Assembly: GCA_019745975.1 (NCBI GenBank) | Contig: JAIESQ010000011.1 | Coordinates: 8,433-72,432, forward strand | Direction of reading: 5' to 3' | Length of the DNA stretch: 64,000 bases | Origin: Pirellulales bacterium | GTDB lineage: Bacteria; Planctomycetota; Planctomycetia; Pirellulales; JAEUIK01 | Shown: in pieces, positions 1 to 9,447 of the stretch | Position numbering within the stretch: position 1 is the stretch's first letter | How the letters are laid out: each line of letters starts with the position of its first letter | Program-made: the position numbers and the translations under genes | Notes under the pieces: model-generated | Told to the model about the DNA's origin: nothing | The model's database searches: none | Seen by the model: only the letters and a program-made list of their open reading frames with translations

Positions 1-2
1 TC

Positions 3-689
3 ACGCCGGCGCTATTCAAGAAGTATCGCAGCGCCGCCGCGTTTGCCGCGTCGCCGCCGGGCGTGCTGGAGAAAGAGATTCAGAGCACCGGCTTTTTCAA
101 CGCCAAGGCCAAGAGTATTCGCGCATGCTGCCGGCAGCTCGCCGAAGATCATGGCGGGCAGGTTCCCCGGGAACTCGACACGCTCGTCAAACTCCCCGGT
201 GTAGGGCGCAAGACGGCCAACGTGGTGCTCGGCACGGCCTATGGCATCGCGTCGGGAGTGGTCGTCGACACGCACGTGGCCCGTTTGAGCTACCGCCTGG
301 GGCTGACGAAGCACAAAGACCCCGTCAAGATCGAGCAAGACTTGATGGCGCTGTTGCCGGCAACGGAGTGGGTCGACTTCAGCCACCGCCTGATTCATCA
401 CGGCCGACAGATTTGCATCGCGCGCAAGCCAAAGTGCGAAGTGTGCCCGCTGCTGGCCGAATGCCCGCAGCACGGCGTCGTTTTGACCGCTGGCGGAAAC
501 AAGCCGGGGCGCGCGAAGGGATCGCAGGCTGCCACGCGATCCAAGGCCGCAGCAACGAAGCCCCGCTCCGCCGCCGCGAAAGGTGCACTCGCCGCAGCCC
601 GCAACGGCGCGCCCAAGAAATCCGCCCAGTCGTCGGCAGCGAAAGCCAAAGTCAAGCCGAAACCCCAGACGAGGTCCGCGCGACCATGA
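3..689 (+). CDS. nth: Endonuclease III (5' truncated by window edge) with Lys/Ala-rich C-terminal tail
   Basis: HhH motif LPGVGRKTANV, VDTHV, 4Fe-4S motif CIARKPKCEVCPLLAEC. Confidence 0.95.
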   Translation, partial: TPALFKKYRSAAAFAASPPGVLEKEIQSTGFFNAKAKSIRACCRQLAEDHGGQVPRELDTLVKLPGVGRKTANVVLGTAYGIASGVVVDTHVARLSYRLGLTKHKDPVKIEQDLMALLPATEWVDFSHRLIHHGRQICIARKPKCEVCPLLAECPQHGVVLTAGGNKPGRAKGSQAATRSKAAATKPRSAAAKGALAAARNGAPKKSAQSSAAKAKVKPKPQTRSARP

Positions 690-1258
690 TCCTCTCCGGC
701 CACGAGATTCGCCGTCATCTCGGCACGAAGATCAAGATCGAGCCGTTCGACGAGGCGAACCTCAACCCCAACAGCTACAACCTCACGCTGCACAACGAGC
801 TGATGACCTACGAAGAGGTCGTGCTCGACATGCGCAAGGCCAACCGCGTGCGCCGGCTGGTGATCCCCGACGAGGGATTGGTCCTCAGCCCCAATCAGCT
901 TTATCTTGCCCGCACGGTCGAGCGGACGGAGACGCATGGGTTCGTGCCGATGATCGAGGGGCGCTCGTCGATCGGGCGGCTCGGGCTGTTCGTGCACATC
1001 ACGGCCGGCTTCGGCGACGTCGGCTTTTGCGGCTTCTGGACTCTGGAAATGTTCGCCGTGCAGCCGATCCGCATCTATCCCGGCGTGCCGATCTGCCAGG
1101 TGATCTACCACGAGATCTCGGGCGAAGTGACCGAGTACGCGAGCAAGTACCAGGACAACCGCGACATTCAGCCGAGCCTGTTGTTCCAGGAGCTCAACCC
1201 CGACGGCGAGAAGGACCCGCAACTGTCGCTGTTCGGCTTCGAGCGCTCGCATCGGTAG
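686..1258 (+). CDS. dcd: dCTP deaminase
   Basis: MILSGHEI start with ATGA overlap on the nth stop; NPNSYNLTL, EGRSSIGRLG, AGFGDVGFCG motifs. Confidence 0.92.
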   Translation: MILSGHEIRRHLGTKIKIEPFDEANLNPNSYNLTLHNELMTYEEVVLDMRKANRVRRLVIPDEGLVLSPNQLYLARTVERTETHGFVPMIEGRSSIGRLGLFVHITAGFGDVGFCGFWTLEMFAVQPIRIYPGVPICQVIYHEISGEVTEYASKYQDNRDIQPSLLFQELNPDGEKDPQLSLFGFERSHR

Positions 1259-1275
1259 CGAACGGGCAGTCCTCT

Positions 1276-1570
1276 GTTAGCCGCGGAGCTTGCTCCGCGC
1301 TACCAGGATCGATGCAGTGTCGCAACACGGCAGACCGAGGGGGATAGTCCCGCGTGCGAATCGGACGCAGATTGTGTGCCACTGCTTGCCGGTTGAACGC
1401 AGCGCGAAGCTCGCGCGACACGGCGCCGGCAAGCAGTGCTGCGCTGTCGCGAGGCCGCACCGTCGCGTGAATCGACACTGCTTGTTCGTCGTCGGACACC
1501 GAGCGCTCAACACTACGCGAAATCAGCCGACTTCCAAGCAGTGGCACACGGACGAGATGCCGCGGCTAAC
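1276..1570. repeat. Composite REP/REPIN-like cluster (family A termini enclosing a family B doublet)
   Basis: GTTAGCCGCGG (1276) / CCGCGGCTAAC (1560) enclose GTGTGCCACTGCTTG (1374) ... CAAGCAGTGGCACAC (1535); lies between convergent genes. Confidence 0.85.
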
Positions 1571-1585
1571 TAGCGGTTGCGTGAG

Positions 1586-2419
1586 TTACTTGTCGGCTTC
1601 AGCCGGCACCTCGGGCGGGCGAAACTCGAAGTTCCGGCTCTGGCTGAAGAATTCCAGCGGGTTCTCATAGACCACGCGGCGAATCTCCGCCTCGCTGTGC
1701 CCGCGGCGCCGCATCGCCAGGATAAAGTCGGGCACGGCAGTCGGCTTCGAAGGGCCCCAATCCCCCGCCGAGTTGACGAGCAGCCGCTCGGGGCCGTAGT
1801 GCTCGACCATGTCGACGGCCCGCTCGGGTGTGCATTTGGACACCGGGTACAACGTCATGCCGGCCCAGTAGCCGCGCTCGAGCACGTGGCGCACGGTGTG
1901 TTCTTCGACGTGATCGACCAGCACCCGACCGTGGTCCAAGTCGGCGAAGTCGTCGAGCATGTCAAGGATCATCCGCGTGCCCATGTACTTGTCTTCGAGG
2001 TGGGGCGTATGGATGAGGATTTGCTCGTCGAGGCGATCGGCCAGCTCGACCTGTTCCATGAAGATCGTCGACTCGTTGGGGGTGTTCTTGTTCAACCCAA
2101 TTTCGCCGATGCCCAGCACGCCCGGCTTGTCGAGGAACTCGGGGATGAGTTTGATGACCTCGCGCGAGAGGGAGACGTTTTCGGCTTCCTTGGCATTGAT
2201 GCAGATCCAGGTGAAGTGCTGCAGGTGGTACCAGGCGGCGCGCTTCGGCTCGAACTCGGTGAGCTGGCGGAAGTAGTCGCGGAAGCCTTCGGGGCTGCCG
2301 CGGTCGAAGCCAGCCCAGAAGGCGGGCTCGCTCATGCCGACGCAGCCCATCTTGGCCAGGGTCTCGTAGTCGTCGGTCACCCGCGAGACCATGTGAATGT
2401 GCGGATCGAAGTAGTACAT
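1586..2419 (-). CDS. TatD-family metal-dependent hydrolase (EboB-like)
   Basis: DPHIH, GIGEIGL, LIHTPH, VDH motifs. Confidence 0.85.
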   Translation of the reverse strand: MYYFDPHIHMVSRVTDDYETLAKMGCVGMSEPAFWAGFDRGSPEGFRDYFRQLTEFEPKRAAWYHLQHFTWICINAKEAENVSLSREVIKLIPEFLDKPGVLGIGEIGLNKNTPNESTIFMEQVELADRLDEQILIHTPHLEDKYMGTRMILDMLDDFADLDHGRVLVDHVEEHTVRHVLERGYWAGMTLYPVSKCTPERAVDMVEHYGPERLLVNSAGDWGPSKPTAVPDFILAMRRRGHSEAEIRRVVYENPLEFFSQSRNFEFRPPEVPAEADK

Positions 2420-2503
2420 AACAGGCCAGAGACTAGAGGTGACAGGCTAGAGGGCTCAATTGGGACGCGAAGTGGCCAGAGATCGCCACGACTTCGGTCG
2501 CGA

Positions 2504-2755
2504 TCATGCGAGATTGTTCTTCCAGTTGGGATCGTAAGGGCGCGAGAAGACCAGTTGCACGCGTTCAGCGCGGTCGCTGTCGTGGCTGGTGAGGACCGCG
2601 AAAGCTTCGCGAATCTGTTCGACGCGGGGGTCGCCAGCCAGCGAGCCCGGCGAACGATCGAGCCGGTCGAGCGTGGCGGCGATTTCCAGGATCTTGGCGC
2701 GGAGCGCCAGAAACTCGCGGTCGAACAGCTCAGGGCGCGTGGCCAGCGTGGGCAT
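2504..2755 (-). CDS. Small conserved hypothetical protein
   Basis: 83-aa helical ORF with GAGGAG RBS, upstream of the TatD-like gene on the same strand. Confidence 0.7.
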   Translation of the reverse strand: MPTLATRPELFDREFLALRAKILEIAATLDRLDRSPGSLAGDPRVEQIREAFAVLTSHDSDRAERVQLVFSRPYDPNWKNNLA

Positions 2756-2866
2756 AAGAGTCTCCTCGCGGCGGCACGGGGAACGGCTATTGGGCGTGCG
2801 GCGCCGGCAGTTTCAGTCTCGACCGCACGGCAGCAGAAATCAAGGCGGTGCCCTTGGTCGGCCGAT

Positions 2867-3760
2867 TCAGGGGACCATCGTCAGACCCATCACGGCGAAC
2901 ACCAGGCCCATGACGAGAAAGCCGACGTTCAAAACGAAACAGCCGCCCCCCAGCAGTATGCCGAGAAAGGCTTGCGTTTCGCCGGAGCGGTGCGGGTGCA
3001 GTTTGGCGGCGGCCAACGCGCGGCGGCCAACAACCACGGCGGCGGGGCCCAGGCCGATCGCCAGGCAGGGGATCAGCGAGCCGATGCCCAGGTAGAGCGC
3101 TGTCGAAGCGGCTTCGTCAGCCGGCGGCGCGAGCGGAGAACCTGCGCCGCGCGGCGTTTCCCAAGCCACCGGGGCGTCGAAGGGATTGTCGGAAGGAGCC
3201 GCCGCGGGGAGCGCGGCTTGCACCGCCAGGGCTTGCGCGCCAAGGTCACCGTAGTCGATTGTCGGCGGCGCTTCGCCGCGAAAGGCGGCGATCACGTGCG
3301 GCCTGGTCATGTAGTACCACATCAAGGCCGGGTAGGAGAACCAGACCAACGTGGCGAAGACGACCGTCGCCAGGAATGCAACGCCGAAAATGCGCTTGAA
3401 CTCGGCGTCGGGCATCGTCGCCGTGAACTGTTCCATGAATTCGCCCCGGTACAAGAGCATCATGACGATGTTGAGGACCGAGGCGAGCATCATGTAGACG
3501 GCAAATCCCAGCGCCAGCTTGCGCCCCCACTGCTTGAGCAGCAGCAAGCCGACGCCTGAGCCGATCTGGGCAAAAACCGCGGCGACGCCGATCGGCGTCA
3601 TGATCGTCTGATACCAGCCATAGACGCCGTCGAACTCGGGCTGCATTTGGTTGGCAAAGCCCAGTACCACAACCAACTGGATGGCCACGCCCAACAACGA
3701 GAACGCACCGAACACGAGATTCAAGGCGCCAAAGATGATCACCGATACGGGGCGCGGCAT
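2867..3760 (-). CDS. Hypothetical integral membrane protein (C-terminal DUF4190-like hairpin)
   Basis: About 6 hydrophobic helices; Pro/Ala linker with NPF; C-terminal ASTALYLGIGSL...AFLGILLG. Confidence 0.7.
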   Translation of the reverse strand: MPRPVSVIIFGALNLVFGAFSLLGVAIQLVVVLGFANQMQPEFDGVYGWYQTIMTPIGVAAVFAQIGSGVGLLLLKQWGRKLALGFAVYMMLASVLNIVMMLLYRGEFMEQFTATMPDAEFKRIFGVAFLATVVFATLVWFSYPALMWYYMTRPHVIAAFRGEAPPTIDYGDLGAQALAVQAALPAAAPSDNPFDAPVAWETPRGAGSPLAPPADEAASTALYLGIGSLIPCLAIGLGPAAVVVGRRALAAAKLHPHRSGETQAFLGILLGGGCFVLNVGFLVMGLVFAVMGLTMVP

Positions 3761-3972
3761 GGATGACTCGCGGCAAGTGCTGGCAGTTCATCTACGGCGC
3801 TGTGCGAGGTCGGGATTGACCGGGTTCGCCGATCCGCCCAGCGTTAGCGCGACGAGCGTAGTTTGTACCTGACGGCTCGTGCTGCGTCACGCCCAAGGCA
3901 ACGGGTTGCGCGTAGCGATCAAACCACACGAGTTGGCCGCGGGGACGAGCGATCTGCGTGGCCGTCGAGCCT

Positions 3973-4004
3973 TGCACTGCTGGGCAAGCCAGCAGTGGCA
4001 CCCA
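3973..4004. repeat. REP family B palindrome
   Basis: TGCACTGCTGGGCAAGCCAGCAGTGGCACCCA; exact reverse complement at 5822-5853. Confidence 0.9.
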
Positions 4005-4024
4005 GGCAGGTTCTAAAGCTGCAG

Positions 4025-5908
4025 CTAATCCCACCACCAGCGATCGCGATCGAGCGCGGCAGGCGCGGCTTGCTGGCGCGCGTTGTCGAGCCTTGCGCCG
4101 CCATCGGCCAGCGCGTCCTCGCTCAAGTGCGGCCAAGGATCGGCATGAATGCCGCCGCTGACGCCGGCCACGTAACGACGCGCGCCGGCCCGCTGGCTGG
4201 CGGCCACGGTTTCGACCGCGCGCGGCACCTCGGCCGATTCGGGGAGATAGCCGCCATCGATCCCGAACCAGGCGCGGTGCCAGCCGGCGCGCTCATCGAG
4301 CCGCTGCGAAGTCACCAGCGCTCCGACGAGTTCCAGCGCGAAGAGGTTCTCGAGCTCGGCATACACCGGATACCTGGCCGCCAACTCGGCGTAGTGCTCG
4401 TTGAAGTTGGCCGCGAAGCGCTGGTTCAATTCATCGGCGGCGCCGGTCGGCACGCGGCGCCCCGTGGCGTTGAGAAACTCGTTTTCGCCTTGCAATCGCA
4501 CGGCGATGCCGCGCAAGGCGAACGCTTCGCGGGCGCCATCGCTTTCGACCGCTTCGCAGGCGAGCGTGAACCACCAGCGCAGCACATCGAGGGCTGGCAC
4601 GGCGGATGCATCCTCGCGGGCGACAATCTCCAGGTAGCTCGGCACGCCGGCCACGCCCTGCTCGATTCCCATGCCGATCAGCTTCATGTGATAGTCGGCG
4701 GCGACGAGCGTGCGGGCCGCGGTCGTGCGGCCATCGATGCCGAAGACCTCGATCGTCTGCAGGCCGACCTTGCGGCGCAACTGTTCGAGCTGCTGCTTGC
4801 GCCCCGCCGGCTTGCCTTGGCCTGCGGCGCCGTCGAGATACGCCTTGGCGGCGGCTAGCCCTTCAGCGGATGGATTGATCGTGCAGCCGAGGATGTCGCG
4901 CGAGCGCTCCTGATTGTGACGCCAGAGGACGACGAGATCGTCGAGCCGCAGACAGGGTCGGCCGGTCGTTTCGCTCACGGCGCGACCTTCGGCGTCCGTG
5001 GTCCACCCGGCGGCTGGGCCGGCAATCACCAGATCGCGCGAATCCGGATAGAGGAGCACGTAGTCGATGCGCTCCAGCCCGGCCAGCGCGCGCTGGGTAT
5101 CGCTCGCGCCGCGCCCCAGCGCGTGCCCCAGTTGCAGCGCGCGTTCGAGACGCGGCAGCGACACCTTGCGCAGCTTCGACGCGCGACGAACGTCTTGCGG
5201 CCCCGCGACCACGGCCGCGTCGCGCCGCAGGGCGACGAGATCGGCGCGGGCAGGCGACTTAGTTGCCCGACGCAGCACTCCCTCGGCGTCGACGAACACG
5301 CCATTGCGATACGATTCGATGGCGCCTTGCCCGCCGACTTCTTCCCAGGTGGTCGGGGCGATGGTCGACGTAATTAGATCAATTAGGCTGGTGAAGTCGG
5401 CTTGCACGCCGCCCCCTTGCGCGCCGGGAGGCGCGGCGGGCGCCGCGCCTGGGGCCGCGAGTCCACCAGGAACACCGACCGGCGCGCCGAACGGCACTCG
5501 GGCGTTCTGGCCTGGGAAGGCGCCGATTTGCGCCAAAACCGTCGAGCGATCGAGGTCGTCGTCGAGCAGAGCGACCGTTTCGATTGCCGCATTGCGCGCG
5601 CCGGCGTGGGCTTGCGCGGCGGCCAATTGCGCGAAGCGGGCGTTGCGGTCCGCGGCTGGAGACTTTTCGATGAGCTGCCGCGCCAGGCCGAATTCGCCGG
5701 AAGCGAGGTACTCAGCGAACTTGTCGCCTGGCGCATCGGCCCGCGGCGTGTCATCGCCGGCAAGCGCCACCGCAGGCAACGCGAGCGCAAACAGAACGAG
5801 AAGCAGTTGCAAAATCTGGATTGGGTGCCACTGCTGGCTTGCCCAGCAGTGCAGCGCTCGATACAGCACTGCTAGACGAGCTAGCAGTGGCATACGACGC
5901 CGGTTCAT
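4025..5908 (-). CDS. DUF1598 domain secreted protein
   Basis: Signal peptide; ADFTSLIDLITSTIAPTTW, ADYHMKLIGMG and RWWF motifs typical of planctomycete DUF1598; start at ATG 5908 inferred. Confidence 0.8.
   Translation of the reverse strand: MNRRRMPLLARLAVLYRALHCWASQQWHPIQILQLLLVLFALALPAVALAGDDTPRADAPGDKFAEYLASGEFGLARQLIEKSPAADRNARFAQLAAAQAHAGARNAAIETVALLDDDLDRSTVLAQIGAFPGQNARVPFGAPVGVPGGLAAPGAAPAAPPGAQGGGVQADFTSLIDLITSTIAPTTWEEVGGQGAIESYRNGVFVDAEGVLRRATKSPARADLVALRRDAAVVAGPQDVRRASKLRKVSLPRLERALQLGHALGRGASDTQRALAGLERIDYVLLYPDSRDLVIAGPAAGWTTDAEGRAVSETTGRPCLRLDDLVVLWRHNQERSRDILGCTINPSAEGLAAAKAYLDGAAGQGKPAGRKQQLEQLRRKVGLQTIEVFGIDGRTTAARTLVAADYHMKLIGMGIEQGVAGVPSYLEIVAREDASAVPALDVLRWWFTLACEAVESDGAREAFALRGIAVRLQGENEFLNATGRRVPTGAADELNQRFAANFNEHYAELAARYPVYAELENLFALELVGALVTSQRLDERAGWHRAWFGIDGGYLPESAEVPRAVETVAASQRAGARRYVAGVSGGIHADPWPHLSEDALADGGARLDNARQQAAPAALDRDRWWWD
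5822..5895. repeat. REP family B doublet (REPIN-like) inside the 5' end of the DUF1598 gene
   Basis: GGGTGCCACTGCTGGCTTGCCCAGCAGTGC followed by GCACTGCTAGACGAGCTAGCAGTGGCATAC. Confidence 0.85.
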
Positions 5909-6230
5909 CGCCGGTTCTGAAACGGCCTCAAGCAATTGCGAGATCGCGATGCACCAGCGGCCCGATTGCGGCCGCGAGTTGGTCACCCGATTCGATCGCT
6001 GCGCGCAGCCGGCATCCGCTCGAGAGCGTGCCATGGGAGATCTCCTCGTTCCGGTGTTCCCTGGGCGCGGCTTATCAAAGTCAGCGATTCGGTCCGGCAT
6101 CGCGGAGGCCCGCTTCCGCGATGCCGGCACAGCAACCGACCTAAGGCCAACGCGCCCGTCGCTAATCGTCGCACTAGCGGCTAGGATGCGTCAAGCAAAT
6201 TGCCGGAAATCCGCCCGACGAGCGACCGTG

Positions 6231-6698
6231 ATGAGCCAGCCCCAACGCCGCTTTGACAAGGAATCGCTGTTACAATTCGCCAACGACCTGGCTTTTTTCA
6301 AGCTGATCGGGCTGCGGGTGGTCGACCTGGGGCCGGGGTACTCGAAGTGCGAGATCGACTTCCGCGCGGACCTTTGCCAGCCGGCGGGCATCCTGCACGG
6401 CGGGATTACCGCCACGCTGATCGACACCGGCATCGCCCATTCGCTGCTGATGACCGAGGCGTTCGAGCGCATCGGGGCCGAAGGGGGCTCGATGGTGTCG
6501 GTCGATCTGCGGATCAAGTTCTTCCGCCCCGTTTCCGAGGGGCATCTGATCTGCGAATCGACGATCCCGCGGCTCGGCCGGCAGATCGTGCACGGCGAGA
6601 GCGTGGTGACCAACGCGGCGGGCAAGGAAATCGCCCGCGGCGACTCGATCTACATGTTCGTGCCGCGGCAGCAGCTCGCGCGGTCGGCGGAGAAGTAA
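6231..6698 (+). CDS. PaaI-family thioesterase
   Basis: QPAGILHGGITATLID hot-dog motif, SVDLRIKFFRP. Confidence 0.9.
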   Translation: MSQPQRRFDKESLLQFANDLAFFKLIGLRVVDLGPGYSKCEIDFRADLCQPAGILHGGITATLIDTGIAHSLLMTEAFERIGAEGGSMVSVDLRIKFFRPVSEGHLICESTIPRLGRQIVHGESVVTNAAGKEIARGDSIYMFVPRQQLARSAEK

Positions 6699-6711
6699 TC
6701 GGCGTTTGCTG

Positions 6712-9012
6712 CTACGCCGGTTCCATGGCGGGCTCGGCGGCGGGCACATCGGCCGCCGCGGCTGGTTGCGTCACTTTCGGCGGCTTCACGAAGCAGACGA
6801 TCAGCGCCGGCAGCATCACCAGGTCGCCGGCGATCGCCATCGTATAGGCCGCGCACGACAGCCCGGCGAACAACCTGCTCGACGGCATGGCGCTGGTGAG
6901 CACGCTGCCGAATCCGACCAAGAGCACCAAGGTGGTGGTGAACACTGCCGAGCCAACTGCCAAAAAGCTGCGGCGGATGGCTGCCCGCACGTCGCCGTCG
7001 ATCACCAGCTCGCGGCGAAAGCGATTCAGAAAATGGATTGTGTCGTCGACAGCGATCCCCAGGCAGATGCTGAACACCATCACGCTGGTCATCTGCAGCG
7101 AGCGGCCAGTGACGACCAACAGCGTCGAAATGCCCACCAGCGGAAAGATGTTCGGCGGCACGCTGATCGCGGCCAGTCGCAGCGAACGAAAGCCCAGCGC
7201 GATCGAGCCGAAGATCGCCAGCGAAGCGCCGAGCAAGCTCGAATTGAGCGACTCGATCATTTGATAGACGTTGCGCGAACCGACGACCGCCGTGCCGGTG
7301 AGTGTGAATTTAAGGTCAGGGTAGCGCTTGCCAAGCGCGGCGAGCTGAGTTTCGATGCGGGCAAAGACGGGGCGATTCGTAGCGATGCCCGAGTCGGGGA
7401 GCCGGGCCACGACCAGGGCGCGGCGGATGTCTTCGCGGACGTAGCGATTGCGGACGTCGGCCGGCGCCAGTTGCAGCAGCGGCACCCGGAGGGCCAGGTC
7501 GCCTTCGGGGCCGGGGAGTGCCGCCAGTAGCCCCAATACCGAGAGCGGGTGGTGCACGCCCGGCTCGCTGCGCATGACATCCTCGGCAGCGCCCAGCGCA
7601 CCGAGCACCACGGGGCTGCCGAGCGTGAGTCGCTCGGGCCACTCGACGAGGACGAACGCTGAGAGAGTGCCGCCGAACGCCGTGTCGCAGCGGCGCAGCG
7701 CCACGTACGATTCGTCGTTGCGCGGGATCATTTCGAGCAGTCGGTTGTCGGGCTCGAGCCAGAACATCGAGGTCGCCAGCAACGCGGTGACCGCGATGCC
7801 ACCGATCGTCACCGGCCAGGCGTGATCGACGATCCAGTCGATGTAGCGCTGGAAGTAGGCGAAGTTGCGCGTGAAGAAGTCCTGCCCGTGCGCCGCGCGC
7901 ACGTGCTCGCCGAGCCAGGTGCTCGCCAACAGCGGAATCAGCGAGAGCACGGCGATCATGCTGAGCATCGAGCCGCCGGCGCAGGCCAGCCCGAAGCGGC
8001 GAATGATGTCGACTTCGGCCAGGGCCAACGAGCCGAAGCCGATCGCCGTGGTGCTCGACGTGAGCAAGAGCGCGATGGTCAAGTGCCGCACGGCCGCGCG
8101 GCTGGCATCTTGGCACGACATCCCTTCGGCCAGCCCGAGCCGGATGTCCATCATCAAGTGCATCGAATCGGCGAAGCCAACTACCATCACCAGCGTGGGG
8201 AGCATCGTGTTAATGACGTTGAGCTTTTCGCCGACGAGCCCCAGCGCTCCCATCGTCCAGAAGGCGCCGAGGATTGGCGCCGAGGCGACGATCAGCGCCG
8301 ACCAGACCTGGCGAAAGAGAAAATAGGCCATCAACAGCGCCAGTACAGCGCCAACAATAATGAACTTGCCCGTCTCGCGCGGCACCTGATTGAAGATCTG
8401 CACGCGAATGCCCGGCACGCCCGTCAACTCGACGCGCAAACCCGAGTCGCGGGCGACTTGCCGGGCGACGTCGTGCAGGCTGTCGACGACGGGTTCGATA
8501 TCGTGGATGGCCTCCAGGTCGCCATCGAGCCGCACGATCACCAGCGCCGTGCGCGCGTCGGGTGAAAGCACCTGGCCGCGCACCAAGGGGTGTGCCAGCG
8601 CGCGCTGGCGCGCCGTTGCGAAGCGCTCCGGCGGTGCGTCGGCCGGCGGCAGCAGCGACTCGGCGCCCCCTGGGCCGAAGGAGACGACGTCGCCCAAGCT
8701 GCGCACGCTGGAAACGCCAGGGATTTGTTTGGCGCCATCGACAAGCTGGCGGATAGCCCCTGCGCCGCGCGGGGTAAACAAATCGCCACCGTCAATCACC
8801 AGCAAGCAATCGTTGTCGTCCGACTCGAAGTCGTCGAGAAACTCGAGCAGTTGGGCGTAGTCGGCGTTGTCGGTCTTGAAGACGGAGCGCGGCACGTCGT
8901 CGAGCTCGAGCCGGAAGACGCCCACGATCGACAGCGCCGTGAGCACGACGACGAGCGCTGCCACCCAGCGGCGATGCGTGATGTACCAATTGGCGAAGGC
9001 CGCGGGGTGCAA
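6712..9012 (-). CDS. MMPL/RND-family lipid exporter
   Basis: Two 6-TM repeats; GFADSMH and GIAVDDTIHF motifs. Confidence 0.9.
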   Translation of the reverse strand: MHPAAFANWYITHRRWVAALVVVLTALSIVGVFRLELDDVPRSVFKTDNADYAQLLEFLDDFESDDNDCLLVIDGGDLFTPRGAGAIRQLVDGAKQIPGVSSVRSLGDVVSFGPGGAESLLPPADAPPERFATARQRALAHPLVRGQVLSPDARTALVIVRLDGDLEAIHDIEPVVDSLHDVARQVARDSGLRVELTGVPGIRVQIFNQVPRETGKFIIVGAVLALLMAYFLFRQVWSALIVASAPILGAFWTMGALGLVGEKLNVINTMLPTLVMVVGFADSMHLMMDIRLGLAEGMSCQDASRAAVRHLTIALLLTSSTTAIGFGSLALAEVDIIRRFGLACAGGSMLSMIAVLSLIPLLASTWLGEHVRAAHGQDFFTRNFAYFQRYIDWIVDHAWPVTIGGIAVTALLATSMFWLEPDNRLLEMIPRNDESYVALRRCDTAFGGTLSAFVLVEWPERLTLGSPVVLGALGAAEDVMRSEPGVHHPLSVLGLLAALPGPEGDLALRVPLLQLAPADVRNRYVREDIRRALVVARLPDSGIATNRPVFARIETQLAALGKRYPDLKFTLTGTAVVGSRNVYQMIESLNSSLLGASLAIFGSIALGFRSLRLAAISVPPNIFPLVGISTLLVVTGRSLQMTSVMVFSICLGIAVDDTIHFLNRFRRELVIDGDVRAAIRRSFLAVGSAVFTTTLVLLVGFGSVLTSAMPSSRLFAGLSCAAYTMAIAGDLVMLPALIVCFVKPPKVTQPAAAADVPAAEPAMEPA

Positions 9013-9166
9013 GGTTTGAAGTCTCGCTGGCAGGTAGCGCGGGTTTTCGGGCGGAGCAAAGGCGGGAAGGCGTGGCGCGCCTGGCGGGGCAGGTTCTGGC
9101 AGCCCTCGATTCTATCGATTTGCAAGTTTTCGACCACAGCGGCAGACCTGCAAAGTCTAAACACGA

Positions 9167-9447
9167 GGGGGACAGGTACGAATGGCATCAAGTTAGTACT
9201 AAGTCGATTCGCCACAGGGCTGAAGCAGTGCTGTAGCAGCACGCTTGCATCAGACCGCTGTCGCGATGATTCTCGGGTTTCGCGCGCGGACATGGTTCGA
9301 CGAATCTGCTATCGCAGCAATGCTTAACGAAACTGTGCACAGTATTTGCGCTTAACTTGATGCCATTCGGGACAGGTACATGTTTTCGGCCGACGTGAGT
9401 TGGCAAGGAATGACTTTGGCGAGCCGAAAAATGTACCAGTCCCCGAC
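9167..9447. repeat. Family C palindromic repeat (GGGGACAGGTACAT...ATGTACCAGTCCCC), interrupted by the MITE
   Basis: Near-identical uninterrupted copy at 40405-40485. Confidence 0.9.
9179..9369. mobile_element. 191-bp non-autonomous MITE, IS4-like ends
   Basis: Perfect 17-bp terminal IR CGAATGGCATCAAGTTA; 9-bp target duplication GGACAGGTA at 9170-9178 and 9370-9378; no transposase. Confidence 0.85.

Noticed and set aside
2420-2455. Heptamer-like AGGCCAG/AGGCTAG runs (also 60265-60300, 49645-49670)
   Set aside because: Short degenerate simple repeats with no supportable function.
1577-3559. Long antisense ORF (660 aa), and similar shadows such as 17157-18776 and 15123-16391
   Set aside because: Opposite well-supported genes; typical stop-poor frames in high-GC DNA, no recognisable motifs.
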